The translations under genes were made by a program, and so were the position numbers. A stretch of DNA of 36,917 nucleotides from an uncultured bacterium (GTDB lineage: Bacteria > Patescibacteriota > Minisyncoccia > Minisyncoccales > CAZLLZ01): assembly GCA_965552115.1 (NCBI GenBank), contig CBEVQU010000002.1, positions 1 through 36,917 on the forward strand, given 5' to 3'. This document shows positions 9,027 through 16,263 of the stretch, in pieces. The notes under the pieces are model-generated. The model had not been told where the DNA came from and searched no databases. It saw nothing but the letters and a program-made list of their open reading frames with translations. Each line of letters begins with the position of its first letter. Position 1 is the stretch's first letter.

Positions 9027-9827
9027 ATGGTAAAGATAATAAAAACTCAGGCAAAAAGTATTTTTACTAAAACTAAGCTTCCTGGAGCAGATTTTGTGAT
9101 AAATCAATATGTAGGTTGCGAACATGCTTGTCTTTATTGTTATGCTCGTTTCTTATGTCGCTGGAAAAATTATGGAAGATGGGGAAAATGGATTGAGGTA
9201 AAAGAAAATGCACCAGAATTAGTAAAGGGAAAACATATTAAAGGAGTAGTTTATATGAGTTCTGTTTCAGATCCTTATCAGCCAATTGAAAAGAAATTGA
9301 AAATAACAAGAAAGATTTTAGAAAATTTAGACAAAAAGACAAAGTTAGCTATTTTAACAAAATCAGATTTAGTTTTAAGGGATATTGATTTGTTTAAAAA
9401 ATTCAAAGATATTGAGGTTGGATTGACCATCAATGGATTTAGAGGTTTTGTTAAAAAACTTTTTGAGCCAAATTCTCCTTCTCATAAAAGAAGAATAAGA
9501 GCTTTGAAAGTTTTGAGAGAAAATAAAATCTCTTCTTACGCTTTCATCAGCCCTATTATTCCAAATTTAGTAAATGTGAGAAAAGTTATTCAAGAGAGTA
9601 AAAATTTTGTAAATTATTTCTGGTTCGAAGTTTTGAATTTGAGAGCTTCAGGTAGAGAATTTATTAATCTTTTAAAAAGAAAATTTCCAAAAAGTTATAA
9701 AGTGATGATAGACGAAAAGAAATTTAAAGAATTTCTTCAAAATTTAAAAAAGGAAATAAAAAAAGAAAACATAAAGTCAGCAGGAATAGAAATTCATCAA
9801 AAGAAATGGGAAACAATCAAATTATAA
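9027..9827 (+). CDS. Radical SAM protein, spore-photoproduct-lyase-like (SplB/Rv2578c-type)
   Basis: INQYVGCEHACLYCYA, SSVSDPYQPIE, ILTKS, FEPNSPS. Confidence 0.88.
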   Translation: MVKIIKTQAKSIFTKTKLPGADFVINQYVGCEHACLYCYARFLCRWKNYGRWGKWIEVKENAPELVKGKHIKGVVYMSSVSDPYQPIEKKLKITRKILENLDKKTKLAILTKSDLVLRDIDLFKKFKDIEVGLTINGFRGFVKKLFEPNSPSHKRRIRALKVLRENKISSYAFISPIIPNLVNVRKVIQESKNFVNYFWFEVLNLRASGREFINLLKRKFPKSYKVMIDEKKFKEFLQNLKKEIKKENIKSAGIEIHQKKWETIKL

Positions 9828-9831
9828 GAAA

Positions 9832-10710
9832 ATGAAAAAGAATTTTAAATTGAAAATAGCAATTGTTTCAGGAAAAGGGGGAGTAGGGAAGTCAATGATA
9901 TCTTCTGCTTTCTCTATGCTTTTTTCTGAAAAATTTAAAGTAGTGGCTGTAGATTGCGATGTTGATGCTCCTAACCTATCTATCTGGTTAAATGAAATCA
10001 AAGGATGGGAAAAAGTCAAAAAAATTTCAATTTCTCAAAAAGCAATTATAAATTATAAAAAGTGCAAAGGATGCGGTCTTTGTGCTAAAAATTGCCCTTT
10101 TTTTGCTATAGAAATGATAAATAAAAAACCGAAAATAAATCCTTTTTTATGTGAAGGTTGTGGAACTTGTCAAATTATTTGTCCACAAAAAGCTATAAAG
10201 TTAAAATCTGTTAAAAATGGAGAAATAAGAATAAAAAAGACAAAATATGGTTTCCCTCTTGTAGTAGGTCACCTTTTTCCTGGAGAGACAGGATCAGGAA
10301 AGATAGTATCAGAAATAAGAAAAGAAGCAGAAAAATTCCCCTTTCAAATTCAAATATTAGATTCTTCACCTGGAACAGGTTGCCCTGTTATAGCTTCTTT
10401 AAGAGAGACAGACTTTGCTATTTTAGTGACAGAACCCACTCCTTCTGCTTTCTCTGATTTGAAGAGAATTCTTAAATTAGTTAAATTTTTCAAGTTACCT
10501 TTTAGAATTATCATTAATAAAGCAGATCTTAACAAGAAAATTTCTAATAAAATAAAAAAGAAATTTAAAGGAAAAATTTTAGGCGAGGTTTCTTTTGATA
10601 AAAATATTTTCAAAGCTATCTCTAATTTAAAACCTATTTTAGAAACAAATTTAAAAGCTAAAGAAGAAATTAAAAAAATTTACCAAAATTTAATTAAAAC
10701 AATTTTATGA
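9832..10710 (+). CDS. Second MinD-superfamily P-loop ATPase with ferredoxin insert
   Basis: SGKGGVGKS, DCDVDAPNL, CKGCGLCAKNCP, CEGCGTCQIICP, PGTGCPV, TEPTPS. Confidence 0.9.
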   Translation: MKKNFKLKIAIVSGKGGVGKSMISSAFSMLFSEKFKVVAVDCDVDAPNLSIWLNEIKGWEKVKKISISQKAIINYKKCKGCGLCAKNCPFFAIEMINKKPKINPFLCEGCGTCQIICPQKAIKLKSVKNGEIRIKKTKYGFPLVVGHLFPGETGSGKIVSEIRKEAEKFPFQIQILDSSPGTGCPVIASLRETDFAILVTEPTPSAFSDLKRILKLVKFFKLPFRIIINKADLNKKISNKIKKKFKGKILGEVSFDKNIFKAISNLKPILETNLKAKEEIKKIYQNLIKTIL

Positions 10711-10988
10711 CTAGACCAAAAAAACCAAGAAGAATATTTTTTGATCCTAACTTTACTTATTTTAAACCAAGAGCTATTCCTCTTTCTGAATTAGAAGAAG
10801 AAGAGCTTTCCATTGATGAATTGGAAGCTATTAGACTTTGTGATTTAAAAAATTTAAATCAGATAGAAGCTGCTAAAAAAATGAAAATTTCTCAAAGCAC
10901 TCTCCAGAGAATTTTATCTTCTGCCAGAAAAAAAATAGCTAAAGCTCTCATTGAAGGAAAAGCCATCAAAATAAAGAAAAAAATTTAA
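10707..10988 (+). CDS. DUF134 family HTH DNA-binding protein
   Basis: RPKKPRRI, YFKP, DELEAIRLCD, AAKKMKISQST, ARKKIAKALIEGKAI. Confidence 0.92.
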   Translation: MTRPKKPRRIFFDPNFTYFKPRAIPLSELEEEELSIDELEAIRLCDLKNLNQIEAAKKMKISQSTLQRILSSARKKIAKALIEGKAIKIKKKI

Positions 10989-11001
10989 ATTTATTAAGTT
11001 C

Positions 11002-11066
11002 TTGACTGAAGCTCTCTGGGAGTTATAATTTTATAACCTATAAATTACGTAATTTTTTACGTAATT
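11002..11066 (+). promoter_or_regulatory. Promoter plus tandem TTACGTAA palindromes (operator candidate for the AbrB-like protein)
   Basis: TTGACT 11002-11007, TATAAT 11024-11029; aattacgtaatt 11043-11054 and ttacgtaatt 11057-11066. Confidence 0.65.
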
Positions 11067-11074
11067 ATTAAATC

Positions 11075-11257
11075 GTGGCAAGGAGAAAAAGCTCAAAAAG
11101 AAATATTCGGAAATTAACAAAAGTTGGCGGCAAAAGCTATGCTGTGACTTTACCGATTGAAGTTATCCGAGCTTTTGGCTGGAAAGAAAGACAAAAACTC
11201 ATCTTAAAAATAAACAAAAAAAATAAAACAATAACAATAAAAGACTGGAAAAAATGA
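11075..11257 (+). CDS. AbrB/MazE/SpoVT-family DNA-binding protein
   Basis: RKLTKVGGKSYAVTLPIEVIRAFGWKERQKL; GTG start; overlaps the hsdM start (ATGA). Confidence 0.85.
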   Translation: MARRKSSKRNIRKLTKVGGKSYAVTLPIEVIRAFGWKERQKLILKINKKNKTITIKDWKK

Positions 11258-12843
11258 GGAAAGAAGAAAAAATATTTAGGAAAGATATAAGGAAATTTGT
11301 AGATCTTCAAACCTTAGAGTCTTGGCTTAAGGAAGCTGCTGATCTTTTAAGAGGAAGAGATGAAGGATTAAAGTACATTATTACTCTACTTTTCTACAAA
11401 AGACTTTGCGATGTTTTTGATGATGAAATCGAAAATCTTAAAAATAAATTTTCTCAACTTGGGGAAAAGGAAATTTTAAAATTAGCAAAGGAAGAAAAAT
11501 TAGTTCCTTTTTTTATTCCAGAAGAGGCTCATTTTCAAACAATAAGAAAAACTACCACTAATTTAGGTGAAAGGCTTACAGAAGCTCTAAGGAAAATTGC
11601 CAGAGAAAATCCAGAACTTCAAGGAGTAATTGATATTATTGATTTTAACGAAACGAGATATAGTCACGGTGAAAGAATTAGGGTTATTTCCGATGATACT
11701 CTTTCTAAGCTTCTCGAAATTTTTAATGAGTACACAATTGGACTTGATGAGGCAGAACCTGATGTTTTGGGTAGAGCTTACGAATATCTTTTGAGACTTT
11801 ATGCTCAAGGAAAAGGTAAAACAGCTGGAGAATTTTACACCCCTAGAGAGGTAGCTTATCTAATGGCTTATTGTGTCGATCCTAAAGAAGGAGAAGAGGT
11901 TTACGATCCTGCTTGTGGATCTGGAGGTTTTCTAATTAAATCTCATTTAGTACTGAAAGAAAAATTAGAAAAACAGGGAAAAGAGATTGAAATTCCCTTG
12001 AAACTTTACGGACAAGAAAGAGACCCGACAACTTTTGCTTTAGCAAAAATCAACATGTTCATTCACAATATCGAAACTGTCGATATTAGGCTTGGAGATA
12101 CTATTTTAAACCCTCGCTTTATTGAAAACGGAAAATTAAAGCAGTTTGACATAGTTTTGGCTAACCCAATGTGGAACCAAAAGGGATATTCTGAAAGTTT
12201 TTGTAATTCTGATCCTTTTGAAAGGTTTGTCTTTGGCTATGTTGGAGGACCCAAAGGTAAAAGCAGTTTTGATTGGGGCTGGATTCAGCATATGTTCGCT
12301 TCTTTGAAACCTACAGGAAGAATGGCAGTAATTTTAGACACAGGTTCTGTCTCAAGAGGGACAGGTAAAAAGAAGGACAAGGAAAAAGCGGTTCGCCAAA
12401 AATTTGTTGATAATGATTTTATTGAGGCAGTTTTACTTTTGCCAGAAAATCTTTTTTATAACACTGGCGCTCCTGGAATTATTCTTTTTATCCGAAAACA
12501 AAAACCAAAAGAAAGGAAAGGTAAAATTTTGTTAATTAACGCAAATAGAGAATTTGTCAAAGGAAAGCCAAAGAATTATTTAAGTGAAGAAAATATCAAA
12601 AAGATAGTTGATGTTTATAAAAATTTTAAGGAAGTAGATAAATTCAGCAAAATAATCACCTTAGAAGAAGCAAGAAAAGCAGATTATAATTTAAGCCCTT
12701 CAAGATTTGTATGGGTATGGGAGGAGGAAAAGTATAGATCAATTGAGGAAATAATGAAAGATTTAGAAAATACAGAGAAAGAAAGAAGAAAAATTGAGAA
12801 AAAATTAGAAGAAATTTTATTCTCTGTAAAAGGTCCAAAATAA
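11254..12843 (+). CDS. hsdM: Type I restriction-modification methyltransferase subunit
   Basis: LGRAYEYLL, GEFYTPREV, YDPACGSGG, LYGQE, motif IV ANPMW, LFYNTG. Confidence 0.95.
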   Translation: MRKEEKIFRKDIRKFVDLQTLESWLKEAADLLRGRDEGLKYIITLLFYKRLCDVFDDEIENLKNKFSQLGEKEILKLAKEEKLVPFFIPEEAHFQTIRKTTTNLGERLTEALRKIARENPELQGVIDIIDFNETRYSHGERIRVISDDTLSKLLEIFNEYTIGLDEAEPDVLGRAYEYLLRLYAQGKGKTAGEFYTPREVAYLMAYCVDPKEGEEVYDPACGSGGFLIKSHLVLKEKLEKQGKEIEIPLKLYGQERDPTTFALAKINMFIHNIETVDIRLGDTILNPRFIENGKLKQFDIVLANPMWNQKGYSESFCNSDPFERFVFGYVGGPKGKSSFDWGWIQHMFASLKPTGRMAVILDTGSVSRGTGKKKDKEKAVRQKFVDNDFIEAVLLLPENLFYNTGAPGIILFIRKQKPKERKGKILLINANREFVKGKPKNYLSEENIKKIVDVYKNFKEVDKFSKIITLEEARKADYNLSPSRFVWVWEEEKYRSIEEIMKDLENTEKERRKIEKKLEEILFSVKGPK

Positions 12844-12861
12844 ATAAAACGCAAAAGTTTC

Positions 12862-13167
12862 ATGCCTAAAAGAGGAAGAAAAGCCGAAATAAAAGTAGCT
12901 ACGTACTTAAAGAGAAAAGGGGCAAAAGTTAAAATTTCTCCTGGAAGTAGAGGCTCTGCTGATATTATTGCCAAATGGCCTTCAGGAAAACGATGGCTGA
13001 TTCAAGTGAAGTCTTCTGGAAGGAAAGTAAAAGATTTATCCTCAAAAGAGAAACATAATCTTGTTCGAAGAGCTCAACGCAATAAAGCAGTAGCAGTAAA
13101 AGCTGAAGTAGAAAAAGGAAAGATTACTTTTAAATCTGTGAGAAACGGGAGAATTCTTAAGCCTTAG
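12862..13167 (+). CDS. Small PD-(D/E)XK nuclease, Hjc/Mrr-like
   Basis: GRKAEIKVATYLKRKG...GSRGSADIIA...LIQVKS. Confidence 0.7.
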   Translation: MPKRGRKAEIKVATYLKRKGAKVKISPGSRGSADIIAKWPSGKRWLIQVKSSGRKVKDLSSKEKHNLVRRAQRNKAVAVKAEVEKGKITFKSVRNGRILKP

Positions 13168-13190
13168 AGTAATTTCTCAAAAAGTTAGTT

Positions 13191-14015
13191 ATGATACATT
13201 TAGAAGAAATATTTCACTCATTGAATAATTTTCTCAATACATTCTTAGGGGCTCCGTTTTGGAAGGGACTGGGTGTTATTATTACAACTTTAATGGTATT
13301 TTTTACTTATTGGTCTCTTAAAACATTAAGAAAAGAAAGAAAAATTCAATTAAATCGAGAAATTGTAGAGAAAATTTATAATGTTTTGCTTCAAGATTTA
13401 AAGACTATTTTCTCGTCAAGAAAGATTGAAAACTTAGAAAGTATACATCCAAAAAATTGGAAATGGGAAGAAATAAAGAGAAAAGAACCATGGATTTCGT
13501 ACCAAATTTCCCAACATTTATTTAAAAAACTTAATAAATTTTCTCAAAAAGTTAAAGATTATGAAAAAATAAGAATATCTTTCAGAGAGGAGTTTGAGAA
13601 GTTTTTGACTAAAATTGTGAAATCTAAAAAAATTCTTTCGGAAGAAGAGTTAGATAGATTAGAAAAAGTAGAGACTATAACTTACTGGGAAGGAGAAGGG
13701 TCAACTTGGAAAAGTGTGAGTATTTTTGAACTTTTCTTTTACAACAAAAACATATACGAATTTTTTAATACAAAAAAGCTAAAAGGAAAATTTTTATTAG
13801 ATTATTTTCTTTATTCTCAAGGTCGGAAACGGAAAGAACTTAATGAAGAAGAATTTAACAAAATTTGGCAGGTGGTAAACAACCGTGATTATGCTTTTTC
13901 TCGAAGTCTAAATTTAGAAGCTTTCCAAAAAATCAAAGAGTTTTACAAGGAAGTTAAGAATTTAAACGAAGAAATTGCAGAACAAATCTTTCAACTGACG
14001 CGAGAAAGGTTGTAA
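13191..14015 (+). CDS. Hypothetical protein with N-terminal transmembrane segment
   Basis: 274-aa ORF; hydrophobic GLGVIITTLMVFFTYWSL; no recognised motif. Confidence 0.6.
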   Translation: MIHLEEIFHSLNNFLNTFLGAPFWKGLGVIITTLMVFFTYWSLKTLRKERKIQLNREIVEKIYNVLLQDLKTIFSSRKIENLESIHPKNWKWEEIKRKEPWISYQISQHLFKKLNKFSQKVKDYEKIRISFREEFEKFLTKIVKSKKILSEEELDRLEKVETITYWEGEGSTWKSVSIFELFFYNKNIYEFFNTKKLKGKFLLDYFLYSQGRKRKELNEEEFNKIWQVVNNRDYAFSRSLNLEAFQKIKEFYKEVKNLNEEIAEQIFQLTRERL

Positions 14016-14034
14016 AATTTAAGGCAAAAAAATT

Positions 14035-14379
14035 ATGACTAAAGAAGAAAAAAGAATATTAAAGGAAATTGTTACTCGTGGCGGTCTTTTGTCGCCGGCT
14101 ACGGTAATTAATGCAATTGCAAAAGGAGATAGGCGATCAGTTGAAAATTTGGTAGTGAAGGGATATATCGAAGAAGTTCCACAGGATATACAAGGGCCGA
14201 GAGATACTTATACGCTTAATTTCTATAGGGCTACAGAAAAGGGCCTTTTAGTTTTTGCACCATTGTATAAAAGAATATTGTTCGCAATAAAAGGAGATAT
14301 TCGTACTATAATCATTTCAGCAATTACCGCTTTGATTACCACGCTAATTACTATTTTTCTTGAAAAGTTGTTACGATAA
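14035..14379 (+). CDS. Hypothetical protein, winged-helix-like N-terminus with C-terminal TM helix
   Basis: VENLVVKGYIEE...FYRATEKG pattern; C-terminal IIISAITALITTLITIFL. Confidence 0.55.
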   Translation: MTKEEKRILKEIVTRGGLLSPATVINAIAKGDRRSVENLVVKGYIEEVPQDIQGPRDTYTLNFYRATEKGLLVFAPLYKRILFAIKGDIRTIIISAITALITTLITIFLEKLLR

Positions 14380-14389
14380 TTTAGATAAA

Positions 14390-15676
14390 ATGAAAACTAA
14401 ATGGCCAACAAAAAAATTAGGAGAGATTTGTGAATGGTATTTTTCAGGAGTTTGGGGAAGAGAACCGGAAAGTAACACTAATTTAGCTAAAGTAATCCGT
14501 GTTTCTGACATTAAAGATGATTTTTCTATTGATTATGAAAAAGTACCAGTAAGGGCAATAACTTCAAAAGATTTAGAAAAATATAAACTGAAAACAGGTG
14601 ATATTGTAATTGTGAAATCTAGTGGTTCAAAGAATAGAGTAATTTCTGGAAGAGCAGCGTATTTTGAAGAACAAAACAATCAAGTTTTTATTCCTTCCAA
14701 TTTTCTTTTAACCTTACGAATTTCAAGAAATAAAGCTCTTCCAAAATTTGTATGGTATTTCCTTCTAACTGAGAAAGTTAAAGGTTACGTTAAAGGAATT
14801 GTTGAGGGGACGACATATCCAAACCTAAATATTTCCCAATATTTAATTCTTCAAATTCCCCTCCCGCCTCTTCCCATTCAACAAAAAATCGTCTACATAT
14901 TAGACACAATTCAATCTGCGATTAAATTACAGGAGAAAATTATTGAAAAGACAAAAGAATTAAAAAAGAGTTTGATGGCGGAGTTGTTTAAGTATGGCGG
15001 ACCATCGTTTAGGAAAGGAAGAAAATTAAAGAAAACTGAAATCGGAGAAATTCCTGAAAATTGGGAAGTAGTGAGGTTGGGGGAGGTGGTAATTAGAAAT
15101 GATGGAATTAAAAGAGGTCCTTGGGGAGGATCGATAAAAAAAGAGATTTTTGTTGAGGAAGGATATAAAGTTTATGAGCAAGGAAATGTTATCAAAAAAA
15201 ATTTTGAAATTGGGAATTATTTCATTACGGAAGAAAAATTTTACGAGCTTAGAGATTTTGAAGTGAAGCCTGGCGATATTTTATTAACAGCTGCAGGTTC
15301 CCTAGGACAAATTGCAATAGTACCTCAAAACATAAAAAAAGGAATAATGAATCAAGCATTAATTAGAATTAGATTAAACAATGAGAAAATTAACCACCTT
15401 TTCTTTAGTTATCTTTTTAATCACATATCGAGTATTTTTGCGAAGTATTCTCATGGATCTACATTAAAAAATTTAGTTTCTGTAGGCGAATTGAAAACTC
15501 TTCCAATCCCCCTCCCACCTCTTCCCGAGCAACGAGAGATTGTCGAAATTCTTCAGACGATTGATCAAAAAATTGAAATTGAAAAAAAGAAAAAAGAACT
15601 TTATGAGGAGTTGTTTAAAACAATGTTGAATAAAATAATGAATCAAGAGATCGATGTAGGGAAGATAAATTTATGA
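14390..15676 (+). CDS. hsdS: Type I restriction-modification specificity subunit
   Basis: Two TRDs; conserved IPLPPLPIQQKIV and IPLPPLPEQREIV; KKTEIGEIPENWEVVRLGEV spacer; ATG 14390 preferred over TTG 14360. Confidence 0.95.
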   Translation: MKTKWPTKKLGEICEWYFSGVWGREPESNTNLAKVIRVSDIKDDFSIDYEKVPVRAITSKDLEKYKLKTGDIVIVKSSGSKNRVISGRAAYFEEQNNQVFIPSNFLLTLRISRNKALPKFVWYFLLTEKVKGYVKGIVEGTTYPNLNISQYLILQIPLPPLPIQQKIVYILDTIQSAIKLQEKIIEKTKELKKSLMAELFKYGGPSFRKGRKLKKTEIGEIPENWEVVRLGEVVIRNDGIKRGPWGGSIKKEIFVEEGYKVYEQGNVIKKNFEIGNYFITEEKFYELRDFEVKPGDILLTAAGSLGQIAIVPQNIKKGIMNQALIRIRLNNEKINHLFFSYLFNHISSIFAKYSHGSTLKNLVSVGELKTLPIPLPPLPEQREIVEILQTIDQKIEIEKKKKELYEELFKTMLNKIMNQEIDVGKINL

Positions 15677-16248
15677 TTCCTGAAGAGAAATTCAAAACAG
15701 ATTTAATTGATAAGCTAAACAAAATTTATCCAGGTTGGGTGAATGGTGATAAAGAAAAAGGTCAACATAAGAAAGTTGATATAATTAATCATTCACTTAA
15801 GATCGCTATAGAGATAAAAGATGATACCTACTCTAAACGAATAGATCCTCCTCTTTCAGGAGAGATAATCGTGTATGGAGAAGATCTCGATAAAAAGAAT
15901 AAAATTCTTTTAGATGACATACGTTCTGCAAACCAAAAATTTAAAGCTTACCCTGGATATAAGACTATATTAATTATTCGCACAGAGTCTGACATTGCTG
16001 ATACAATTAGATATCCGATTGAAGGTTTATATACTTACAAGTTTAATTCCCGGACAAAGAAATTACAATATGTGGGTAGAAAGACAAAATACTCAAGATT
16101 TGTAAGAAAAGAAATTGGCTGCTACTTAATTTTTAATGGTGATTGGTATTATTTCTTCAACAAATATGCAAATCAAAATCGAGTTTTGCATAAGAGGGAT
16201 ATAGAAGATTATTTTGGGATACGACTAAAAGAAGTTCCAGAAGTTTAA
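15673..16248 (+). CDS. Hypothetical protein, probable PD-(D/E)XK nuclease fold
   Basis: EEKFK...KKVDIINHSLKIAIEIKD matches E...D-x(n)-ExK; coupled to the hsdS stop. Confidence 0.55.
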   Translation: MIPEEKFKTDLIDKLNKIYPGWVNGDKEKGQHKKVDIINHSLKIAIEIKDDTYSKRIDPPLSGEIIVYGEDLDKKNKILLDDIRSANQKFKAYPGYKTILIIRTESDIADTIRYPIEGLYTYKFNSRTKKLQYVGRKTKYSRFVRKEIGCYLIFNGDWYYFFNKYANQNRVLHKRDIEDYFGIRLKEVPEV

Positions 16249-16263
16249 CATATAATAATAAAC

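Noticed and set aside
14850-15530. Repeats within hsdS as an invertible phase-variation system
   Set aside because: Direct repeats encoding the conserved IPLPPL regions; no inverted repeats, silent hsdS or recombinase
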